A DNA stretch of 64,000 nucleotides, from NCBI GenBank assembly GCA_040285745.1, contig JAUFOR010000008.1, positions 806,001-870,000 on the forward strand. Direction: 5' to 3'. The notes under the pieces are model-generated. The model did not search any database. It was not told where the DNA came from and saw only the letters and a program-made list of their open reading frames with translations. How positions within the stretch are numbered: the first letter of the stretch is position 1; the number at the start of each line of letters is the position of its first letter. This document shows, in pieces, positions 30,784 through 41,200 of this stretch. This DNA is from Barthelona sp. PCE (Eukaryota). The position numbers and the translations under genes were made by a program.

Positions 30784-31614
30784 ATGGAGGTTTATAACAC
30801 CATTTTTTTATTTATTTTTTACTTTGCAGACATCTGTTTAGCAATTTTTGCAATTCACAGCACTTTTAAATATGCGCGAACTCGTCAAGCCACTAAAATG
30901 AAATTTCGTGGCTTTAAACTGTCCTTGGGTTTTTTTTTAGCGCTTTGTGAAGTGATATTGTTCATTTTTCTATTTGGATTTGTGGATGAGTTTAGTGATG
31001 ATTTTAAAGATTTTTATCGTGGTGTTGACTCTTTTAGGGTCTTTTATGCGATTTTATTCAACTGTATTGTAATGTTTCCTTTATTTATTGTTTTTAACAC
31101 ACTTGTAACTTCCAAATTTTTGCGTTCAATTTTTTTTATGATATCTTTACTGTTGCCTCCATTAATCATGTGGAGATTACCGTTCCTATTACCCAACAGT
31201 GATCTTCTCACTAAACCTCGATTTTTTTTCGATCATCAGAATGTTACTAATGGTGATTACTTAGTATTGTCCATTTCTTCTCTTATACAGCTCATTGAGA
31301 TCATATTGGTGCTGCAATTGGTACTAGGTAAGGTTGAAAACAACACGATTAGAAGGAATTCCTTTAAACTTTTTATTATTTCGATTTCCTTAATGTTTTT
31401 TGCTTTTTTTACTTCTTTTTTATTAATTTTTATCAATTCATTCATCATAAACATGTTAACTATCGTCTTTTTACTAGCTAATGGTTCGGTTCATTTGTAC
31501 TATTACACCGAGAGACAAAGCGGAATCATCAAACAAAGCGCTTTGCAGTACAGAAGAGATCTTCTCAATACGGAAAACAAAGACATGGGCATGGGTTATG
31601 TCGTGACACTGTAG
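30784..31614 (+). CDS. seven-transmembrane protein, orphan GPCR-like topology
   Basis: Seven hydrophobic segments counted by eye, almost no N-terminal domain, basic loops after TM1 and TM5, and a short hydrophilic tail. Confidence 0.65.
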   Translation: MEVYNTIFLFIFYFADICLAIFAIHSTFKYARTRQATKMKFRGFKLSLGFFLALCEVILFIFLFGFVDEFSDDFKDFYRGVDSFRVFYAILFNCIVMFPLFIVFNTLVTSKFLRSIFFMISLLLPPLIMWRLPFLLPNSDLLTKPRFFFDHQNVTNGDYLVLSISSLIQLIEIILVLQLVLGKVENNTIRRNSFKLFIISISLMFFAFFTSFLLIFINSFIINMLTIVFLLANGSVHLYYYTERQSGIIKQSALQYRRDLLNTENKDMGMGYVVTL

Positions 31615-32846
31615 CACAAATTTACGAGTTGCTCTACCTCCCGTATAAATGATTTTCCCCAATCATCATCGTCGATTGTCACGTTGATAAGCATCGAATG
31701 TAAACAGTTGAGTGTTTCTTTCCTGATGGCTTTCGTGGATGATGTGATGTTGTTTTTGAGGAATGATAGTACGCACTCTTGCTCGCAGAAAAAGGAGAAC
31801 CCTGTAAGAGATATGAGGTTGGTAAGAACCCAAAGATAACAGCCAACGAGTGCTGGATCACTCGATGTAGCTGCAGAGTCCAGTCTTGAGAAGAAAAAAC
31901 GTAAAGAACAAGAACCTAAAACATAATTAGAATTATCAGAATAGCATAAATTGCCCAAAAACAAAACAAAATACTTTTCAATTCGTGATCCTATACCCAT
32001 ACTGTCTTCCATATCTAACTGCTCTAATCTTTCGATAACAAGATCAGTGATAATCTTGTTCTCGTCTTTGATAACAAAAAAATCGCAATAAGGATTCTCT
32101 TGGAACAAGCCAATCGAGTACAAGATGTGTGCCAAGACCTCAACAGAAAGAGATGTGCGTGTGATGAGTTCATAAAACATGAGTCGTACAAAAGACGGTA
32201 TGGGGTGATGGCTTGAGTACCGTACTATGTTGCACAGTACCCACAGATACTTCAAAGCCAGCAGCGAATCATTGCCAGTGATTTTGTAGTGTTGTAGATC
32301 AAGTAAATATATTTTATGGATAGCCCCCCACACGCCCATACTCTCACACAGAATAGCAAGCGGCTGGCAGTCACCAATGATGTTTCCCAACAACCATGTC
32401 GCTTGCTTGACCGTCTCAACGTCGACAACGAACAAAAAATCGAAAGTTTCGGTGAGAATGTAGCGGATAGTGACCTGAATAATTGGTGTAAAGAAACATA
32501 GATCAGCGCACATAGACGTGCAAAAAGCAATGTTTGTTAAGCAGTATAAGGCGTAAAACACTAGCTTACGAGAATATTTTCCAGATATCAGAGAGACTAA
32601 CAGCTTAAACAATTCAACTAAGTCATGATTTAAAGCAAGGTCAGGTTGTTCTTCGAATTTAGAGTCCGTGAAGACAAATTTAAGAGCGTTGAGGTAATCT
32701 ATAACCACAGATAGCTCATTATTTGCCAAAGCAGCCCTAATCTCTGAAACAACAGCATCCCAGTTATTATGCGCTATTAGAGACTTAATTGAGCCCAGAT
32801 CCAACTCTTTAAGAGATGTTAAATTTAATGGAGTAACTGAGACCAT
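31596..32846 (-). CDS. divergent importin-alpha-like ARM-repeat protein
   Basis: Repeated WxxxN-type ARM motifs: YCLTNIA, QATWLLGNIIGD, WVLCNI, FLGNL, WVLTNL. ATG at 32846 is preferred over 32972. Confidence 0.7.
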   Translation of the reverse strand: MVSVTPLNLTSLKELDLGSIKSLIAHNNWDAVVSEIRAALANNELSVVIDYLNALKFVFTDSKFEEQPDLALNHDLVELFKLLVSLISGKYSRKLVFYALYCLTNIAFCTSMCADLCFFTPIIQVTIRYILTETFDFLFVVDVETVKQATWLLGNIIGDCQPLAILCESMGVWGAIHKIYLLDLQHYKITGNDSLLALKYLWVLCNIVRYSSHHPIPSFVRLMFYELITRTSLSVEVLAHILYSIGLFQENPYCDFFVIKDENKIITDLVIERLEQLDMEDSMGIGSRIEKYFVLFLGNLCYSDNSNYVLGSCSLRFFFSRLDSAATSSDPALVGCYLWVLTNLISLTGFSFFCEQECVLSFLKNNITSSTKAIRKETLNCLHSMLINVTIDDDDWGKSFIREVEQLVNLCYSVTT

Positions 32847-33052
32847 GAAAGTAGATAGAAATGGAAAGGTGTATAATATGTGCAAAATAAAGTATGTTAT
32901 GGGTGTTAAAATGATAAAAACTGGCCCGTTTATAGAAAATCCTAATGAAAAGGGATAGAAAACAAATTTCATGAGCTGTTGTTGAAGAGTTTGCAGGGCT
33001 CAGTTTTTCTTCAAGAAATCGTGAATTTGTGCAACTACCGATGCGCACAGTT

Positions 33053-33066
33053 GTTTATTTATACCT
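33053..33066 (-). promoter_or_regulatory. putative polyadenylation element AGGTATAAATAAAC
   Basis: Second copy of the 14-mer at 28386-28399. Confidence 0.5.
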
Positions 33067-33083
33067 ATTCACATTCAACAACA

Positions 33084-34223
33084 TTATTTCCTGATCTCAT
33101 CAGGCTTGGCCAGTGGATTCAATATCTCAGTCTTTGTGACCCGGTGGTACGACTGGACGAAGCCGACCGTGTAGTAAACAAATGAACCAATCAATAGAAA
33201 CATGACAACATCGAAGAACCATGTGGGATTGACGAGATCAAAGTACTGGTCCAATATGGAAATGAGGAACAGCGCGCAGTATACAAGCAGCCTTGATGGC
33301 TCCTGTGCTGAAAGGGCAGCGATGATGAGCTTGTTGAAGAGGAAATCCTGCATGATGATAAAGAGCCACGTCACACGGAGAGGATGCGTGTTCCAGTGTG
33401 CAGCAGGGAGTTTGGACTGCAACAGACTGAGCACAGCGACAATTATGAACCAAAATGCGTTCTGCCAGACGTGTCCCAGTCGCTCCTTATCCTCAGTCTT
33501 CAGGCAGTCGAGGAAACGAATGGCTGCGACATATAGGACCCCACCAGACACAATACATAAGAAGAGCAGATGATTGCGATCGATGAACTGCACCTGACTT
33601 ACGAAGAAAAGCATGGCGTATACAAGACGGTGTTCTTTTGATCCACTGATCTTTGTCACGCGTTCCTCACCATGGACGTAGAAGTGCAGCGCGTTTGTAA
33701 ATGGGACAAGGGAACCGAAAGAGAAGAAAAGAAGCGAGACATCAGCAGCATAAAACTGCAAGGCATGGGGGAGATGTGTGACAGCTAAGAGGGTCGTGAA
33801 ATTCTCAAAGTTGAGCTTCTCGAATATGACAATACCGTTCATACTGTTGGTAGCCGCAACATATGGGTATACAGCACTGTCCAAAAAGACACCAACTATG
33901 AGCATACAGCCGAAAAATACACAGCTAAAGGTACTGAAATCAAGCACCCAGAGCAGAAGAACACCAAGTAAAACGGGAATTAAGCCCAAAGCAGTGAGTA
34001 TGATTGACGAAATATTTTTTGGGATTATTTTGGCAATTTTTGATCCAATGTGCCGTTCCAAAAGACGTGTTATGAGAGAATTATCATCCTTAATATGTTG
34101 ATATCGAATAATTTTTGCAACATCATCATATTTATCAGCGAGAGGATCAATTCGCGTCTTTCTATCACGCACAGGATCATCGATATGTGTTTGTGTGATT
34201 GCTGAGCCTTCTGAATTTACCAT
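33084..34223 (-). CDS. choline/ethanolamine-phosphotransferase-like membrane protein with degenerate active site
   Basis: N-terminal YQHIKDDNSLI...IPKNISSIILTALG matches the CEPT/EPT/AAPT N-terminus; multi-TM; the CDP-alcohol motif is mostly lost. Confidence 0.65.
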   Translation of the reverse strand: MVNSEGSAITQTHIDDPVRDRKTRIDPLADKYDDVAKIIRYQHIKDDNSLITRLLERHIGSKIAKIIPKNISSIILTALGLIPVLLGVLLLWVLDFSTFSCVFFGCMLIVGVFLDSAVYPYVAATNSMNGIVIFEKLNFENFTTLLAVTHLPHALQFYAADVSLLFFSFGSLVPFTNALHFYVHGEERVTKISGSKEHRLVYAMLFFVSQVQFIDRNHLLFLCIVSGGVLYVAAIRFLDCLKTEDKERLGHVWQNAFWFIIVAVLSLLQSKLPAAHWNTHPLRVTWLFIIMQDFLFNKLIIAALSAQEPSRLLVYCALFLISILDQYFDLVNPTWFFDVVMFLLIGSFVYYTVGFVQSYHRVTKTEILNPLAKPDEIRK

Positions 34224-34262
34224 TCTGAATGTAAGGGAAAAAAAATTTTATACACAAAAAGT

Positions 34263-35099
34263 TTATTCTGTTAATTGTGAAGCATCGTACTGTGCCTTGA
34301 ATGCGTTCAGAGCTGCAAATATCTGAATGTGATCAGTTTTCTTGACAATATCCTCATTGTATGTGAGTTTGAAACATAAAACACAACCTCTGATACGAGG
34401 ATCACCTAAATCGTTCTCACCATGTGGCTTGCATCGCACCCACCGTCTGAATTCAACATCAAAACCAAGCTCAACACATTTCTCAAAAAATCCCATATCT
34501 TTTTCGAGTAAATGTGGTCTGTGAGGTGAAAAAGCAACTAAACATACACCATCGTGCTTCATGAGCTGCACTACACTGTTTAAAAGTTTTTCATGACAAC
34601 TATGATTAAAAACCAAATCAGAAAGTATCACTGTATCATATCTTTTTGCCTTATCCTCTGCTACCTTCTCACCCCATAAGTATCCCTCTACAGTGATGCG
34701 TTCACACTCTTCATCAGTTAGATTATTAGCAACCGACCAAGATACGTTGCCTTGCAATGTATCATCAGGATAATCTGTGCAATACATTTCTTTAGCACCT
34801 AACACAGTTGCAACAAGTGAGCTGTATCCAACTCCTGCACCCAATTCAACGACGTATTTATCAACAATGTGTTGTTTGTTTTCGGAGAGTAAAACTCCCG
34901 TTTCAATGGCAGAAGGCCATAAAATATTACCCCAAAGTGAGTCACGTGTGCTAGTACGTAGTTTGAAAGCACGCTCTACTTCTGAGCACCTTTGATTGAT
35001 AAAAATAAATGTTTCCTCTTCAGGTTCGCTTTCTTCAATAAAAAACAGATCGTTCACACAATCTTCAACCTCTACACCCTCCATGGAATGTTCTTGCAT
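34263..35099 (-). CDS. EFM7: EFM7/NNT1-like protein N-terminal/lysine methyltransferase (METTL21 family)
   Basis: LWGNILWPSA, VVELGAGVG, TDYPD, WG, ILSDLVFNH and FSPHRPHLLEKDMGFF. Confidence 0.85.
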   Translation of the reverse strand: MQEHSMEGVEVEDCVNDLFFIEESEPEEETFIFINQRCSEVERAFKLRTSTRDSLWGNILWPSAIETGVLLSENKQHIVDKYVVELGAGVGYSSLVATVLGAKEMYCTDYPDDTLQGNVSWSVANNLTDEECERITVEGYLWGEKVAEDKAKRYDTVILSDLVFNHSCHEKLLNSVVQLMKHDGVCLVAFSPHRPHLLEKDMGFFEKCVELGFDVEFRRWVRCKPHGENDLGDPRIRGCVLCFKLTYNEDIVKKTDHIQIFAALNAFKAQYDASQLTE

Positions 35100-35251
35100 T
35101 ACTGAAGAAGTGTATGTTTAGAAAAACAAAAATTTATAATTGTTTATTACATTGAATAGTTGATTTGACTGTACACAGATAAGATGGGTAAGTAAGAACA
35201 AGAAACACAAAAGAAAGAAGCAAAATCAATTAAACAATGGTGGGAATGGAA

Positions 35252-38200
35252 TTAGTAATCAAGGAAATTACCTTGGGAGAACTGACTAAAGTCCTCACCG
35301 AATTCCATTTGATCTAACTCACCAAATGAAGGAATGTTAGAAGAATGGGAATTACGAATGCTGACGAGGGGATTCAACAAGTTATTGGGACGGAAACCAT
35401 TTCCGTAGAACTTCTTCTTGTTGGAGCCATAGAGCATACGTTTAACAGCGATATTGATGTTTTGAATGATGGAGTAGAGAACTACACCGCCTACTAATAA
35501 GGCCATAACCCAAGCAGCAGTTGTGGACTGGTCCGAAGATTCGGGAGAAGCTGCAAGGATGAAACCATAGAAGAAAATGACCATCAATGTCATGTAGTAA
35601 AGATTTTGAAGATTATTAACCTTCTGATCAGCAAAGTTCTGAGAGAAACTCTGAATTAGTAAACCAGTGCATGATAGTAACATACCGACCACGCTCTGGA
35701 GAACAGACTCGCGTTCCAGGAAGAAGAGTCCTGCGACAATACCAATACATATGATCTGTTCGAGAGACTCAAAAACATAGCTATTACTCTTGTAAGGTGC
35801 AGTTAGAATTTCACTGACAGACTGAATGTCAGTGGCTTTCTTTGAATCTGCACTGTCAAGAGAGATAGTACGTTTGCGTTTGACGAGCATAACAACCTGC
35901 CATGTTGCCCAAGCAACGAGTGCGAGAACTGCACCGATTATCATTTGTGTCCACTCAGAGGTGTAACACTGTAGAGATGGATCGGGGGAGATTGCGTAGT
36001 CGTCTGTGATTTGGCGACAAGGGATCGCGGTTGAGAGGATGTGAATGATTGCTGGGACTGTAAGCAAACCAATATAACTCACAAACGTGGATACAAAAGT
36101 GCCAATATCAATGGTTCTCTTTTTGAATTTCTTCTTGAGCGCACCAAATGCCTTGGCAACGCCAAAGAGAATAGGTATGTACGATAATGCAACAACAGCA
36201 CCATCATACAACGGCACCTGACCGAATATACACTTCCACAGATTACGCTTGGCGATATCCAGTGTTAGGGTATCGAAGAAGTAGACAATCCATTGGAAGA
36301 ATTGAGGGAAGAAGTAACCGCACGTCATACGAATTGACGCCAACATTTGAAGGAAACGCCACAGTGTCTTAACCGCGCCTAAGTTCTGAAGCTGGTTCAG
36401 CACATCGTTTGCGATGAAGAGGCCAAGACCTACATAAATACCGGCAAAGACAAGCAGAATAACAATGGTGACCCAGCGATCGGGACACTCTGCGCATGCA
36501 GGAGAAAGATAAGCTCTTCCTGCTTCACACTCAGTACACTGGATGCCTGTGAAGCCATCTGAGCACTGATCGATATTGGTCGTGTTCTGATTATCTCGAA
36601 CATCAATAGTACAGTTACCCGGGCAACCTTCGGTCTGGCACTTGATTACCGTACCGTCCCTGTTCATCCAGTACCCAGGCTCTACACAGAACTCCGAGCC
36701 GAAGCAGATGAGACCATCGGGACATACGTCACACTTGATGGATCCTTCGGAGTACAGAGGGAACAGGTTACCCTGACAGATACAGGTTGAACCGTCTTCA
36801 GAGGCCATCATGTTGAGCGGACACTGTTCACAACGTGGCGAGGCAAGATGTGATGCAACAGCGTAGGTTCCGCATGATGAGCAACCGTTTTCGGTTGAAG
36901 CGTTCTTGTACGTACCAATAGGACAAGGTGAACACTCGAGTGAACCGTATGAATAAGTCCACATACCGTCAGCACACTGGGAACATGGGCCAATGCCAGG
37001 GGCATCGCTGTAGTATCCAGGACTGCACTGCTGGCACGTACCGGCTTCAAATCCTTCACCGGCGGGACATAGGCGCTTGGTGAGCTGCGCTACGGCAGGC
37101 TCAAGACCCTCAGAAACAGCAAAGACGTCGTAAGTGTTGGGACCACCAACGACAGAGATGCCCTCGAATGCAGAAACACCTTCCTTTGTGGGGGCGGTGA
37201 GGTTTCCTCGGAGAGCAAACTTGTTGGATGAGGGAACAAGAGTAACGTCTCTGTTATTATCCAATGAGATGGTGTTATTGAAAGCATCCACAATGGAGAA
37301 ATGAAGACTCTTCGGTGGATCGATGGTTGGATCGTCACTATCCTGCGGTTCGAAAACGCGGTCAACGCGAATCATACGCGGATTCGTGGCGATGTCATCA
37401 CCGAATATATTGGCTGAAACGTTTGCAAACGTTACATTATCCAGAGAAGGAAGCTCTGCGGTGTTGGTGAATATACCACCACCAGCGATGTCTGCGTGAC
37501 TGTTATCAATTGTAACATTGTCGTACACAACACTTTCAGCTGTAGTGTTCAGCGTTGACGGGGTTAGGAAAGAGCTGTTTCCATCAAATCCGTCATCAAG
37601 CACGTCAGGGCTGATTTGTGCAATGGCACCACCAAGGGAGGCAGTTGTATCGTTCATGGCTACATTAGAGATAGCGATGGGAGCTTCTTCAGCTTCTTCA
37701 ATGCAAAGACATCCACCCAAATCGTTGGCAGAAGCGCCTGTAACGCAACCGTTTTCGATTGAGGTTGATGACCCGCTGGAAGGCACCAGGTACATACAGC
37801 CACCTGATTCTTCAGAATTGACGTCATTGAATGTAAAGTTTGAAACCCTGAGATCGTTGTAATCGACAGCCGAGACAACACCACCGGGGGTAGTTGATCT
37901 GACATTCTCAATTGTAACGTTTGCGACATCTGCTGTTGAATTGCCGCTGACATGTAACAGGGCGGGTGCAACGTTCAAAGCGTCGCCACCGTCGAAGGAT
38001 ACGTCGTTCGCTGTCAACACACTGTCATCCGTGACCACCAAAAGGGGCTGCTTGAGCGGTGTCTGGTTAGGCCCGGGGAATGAAAGGGTGTCGACGTCGA
38101 CATCAGATTGGGAAATTACAATGCCGCCCTTGACATCACCATCGTGCTCCACGTCAGTGAGGGAGACATCAGAGTTATCGATTGTGCCAATGTGATCCAG

Positions 38201-41200
38201 CTCCTGAGGAGACGACGTCTTGAGCTTATTAAGCGCAACATCCGAGGCAACAATACCGAAGAGTGAGTGCACCTTACCGGTAGGACTGGTGACATTCATA
38301 TGATCACTGTTCGTAAACTCAAGATCAACGTCGGAACTTTGCACCGAGAGAAGGGCGTTCTCAACTGCCTCAATGTTTGATACATCGATGGGGCCATTGA
38401 TTTTTGAGTGATCACCGTACAGCAGAGCTGCTTCAGGGGCAGTGATACCGTCGACTGACACGTTATCAAGTTCAATATCAGATTCAACAAGAGAGAAGAC
38501 CGCACCATATGTATTGGCCGAGGCGTTTCTAACACTGACATTGTTTAAGCCAATTGATGAGATGTATGAAGAGAGAACAGCACCAGTTAACAGTGCGTTG
38601 TGGTTGTTGAAATCAACGTTTTCAAGTGATGCATTCGACTGAGCTGCATACATACCTGATCCAGCAACACCTGAGTTATCGCTGAACGTTACGTTCTCAA
38701 TGGAAATAGATGCGTCCTGTACGTAAAGCGCATGGCGTGTACAGTTTGCAACATTGATGTTAGACACATGTGGATACACCATTGTACCGTTCTCGTTCGG
38801 TATACCATTAGCGTTAGTGTATGCGATACCGATACCCTTACCGTCACAGTTGATGATGGGACGATCGGACGGGTCAGCGGCTATCAGGGATGCCGAATAA
38901 TCACCGTCTAATTGCATAGGAATGTAGTCCTCACCAGTGTACTCACCAGGGTGAATAATGATAAAGTCACCCTGACTGGCACGAGCTAAAGCACCTGAGA
39001 TTGTTCTACATGGTGAATCGGGATCACCACAGCAAATATTATCGAAACCATCGAGACTCATGTGCACATTTATGCCCAGAGCCTGAGCGACGGTACGACC
39101 AATTTCTCCGTAGAACTGCCAGTTGGTGTATTTGAAGTCGAAGTTGGCAAGACAGTCACCGCGCGTGTCGTTGAATGTACCTGTCAGATTACCGCTATCA
39201 ATGAAGAAGAACTTAACACCGCGCTCGAAAGAAGCCGTGAGACCAAAGTCAAGATAGAATGTTCCATTGAGCGTAGCGTCTTGATTAACAATCAATCGGT
39301 CATAATGCGTTCCGTTGATAACAGAGACGTAGAAGAGGGAGTCCTCATCAAACTCAATGGCATTCATTCGCACAACAGAGTGTGGTGTGATGGTTGAGTT
39401 AACCAATGAGATAGACGCATTGAGGTAACCTGTACCTTCAATGGAACCGGTGTCGAGCACATAAGGCTCGCTAACCGACAGAACACCAGAACCAACAATG
39501 AACCTCATATCTTCCGTGATGTTGATCGCACCAATGCTCATATCAGTATTGTTCATGACGTAGACGGGTCCAGGGGTCACAAATTCAACGTCCATATTGA
39601 TTTCAACACCGCTCGCCTGCAGAGGCTTGTTCCACATGATCTTAGCGTCATCTTCGGATGTAGCAGTAACACCATCCAAAAGCTCAGCAGTGATCGTCGG
39701 ATCAACCACAATGGAAGATCCGTTCTGCATATGAAGATGTGTGTCGTTGACCAAGTCAAGCGCATTGCTGGGTTTAAGCATGAACTCTTCACCCAGCGTG
39801 GCGATGCAGTTTTCTGTTGAGTTAATCATCACGTTATCAACCAAAAGATTATGGATGTTAATAAGACCACCGCGTAGCTTCAAATCTGAAAGAACAACAG
39901 TGGTGTTTGAGCGTAGCTCACCACATGACATGTCTGCCTCGCTGATTACGAGGTTGTTCATTGCGTCTATCAAACCGTTTGTCATCTCAATCGTGTTGAT
40001 GCTTGCGCTATCAAGTGAGTCAGGCTCAATGATGAGAGAGCCGCCGTCAACCTTCACATCAGTGCTGTGGAATCTGGTGAGAGATCCCTTCTGAATGAGA
40101 AGCGTTCCGTTACTTACCGTGAACGAGTCGTCTGTGAAATCAACAACCGCATTGTATGCGATAGTTAGGAAACCACCATCAACGTTGAAGTTACCAATGT
40201 CCTGGACATTGGAACCATCATTCACAATAGCAGTGCCGTTGTTGAAGAGACCATTCATGAGCACACAGTCAAAACAGTCGGTCATGTTAATGTGACCGCC
40301 AATTTGGTTGAGATGAAGAGTATCAACAGCACCGCGAAGCATCACTTCACCGTCGTTGAGATCAATATCAACTGCACCGTTGAATGAACAACCGCACTCA
40401 GACTCAACGTAACTGTTGTTGTTAACAACAATGTTGGGATTAGAAAGGGTTGTGTCTTCTGTGAGTAGCGTGTTGGAGTTGTCAAGAGCATGGAATGATC
40501 CGTTGTTCGACATTGAAATAATTCCATCTACCACAGCATCACCTGCATCACTGTTCATCAGTTTGCCACCGTTAATAAAGGTTGTACCCTTGACAGTCGC
40601 GTTACCGACATTGTTGAGATCTCCGTTGAGCTGGTTAACACCATCAAGGACGGTGTTACGTCTAACAAGAAGATTTGAAGAGGGGTTAACAGTGAGCTTG
40701 TTATTGTTATCGAAGTTAATATCAAACACGTTATCGGTGTTATTAGCGAGGACAGTACCCTCATTAATAACCTTTGAGTCGGTTGAGATATCACTGACAT
40801 TGGTGTTTCCGTTGAGGATTAATGTCTTGGAAGGATTGACACTGATTGTGATGTTTTCGACATCGACTTGAGCGTCTCTGATCTCACCGTTGTTGATTCT
40901 GAAGATAGGATCAACCCATTTGAGATCACCATCGTGTAAGAGAGTGTCGCCCTCAATAATGTTGAGGGAAGGACCATCGACGACACCACCGCTTTGATCA
41001 TAGATCGTACGAACTGTGGTATTGCCAGCTCCGCGTCGAAGACCATCGCTGAAATTCCATGTGTTAACAAAGACGTCATCGTCAAGATTGAACTCACCAC
41101 CTGTTTGTACGAGGTTGTCGATTTCGGGCGTGAGACAGAGAGACTCGTCAGATAAGGTGACAACACCACCATTGATGTAAAGATCACCGTTACGGAAACA

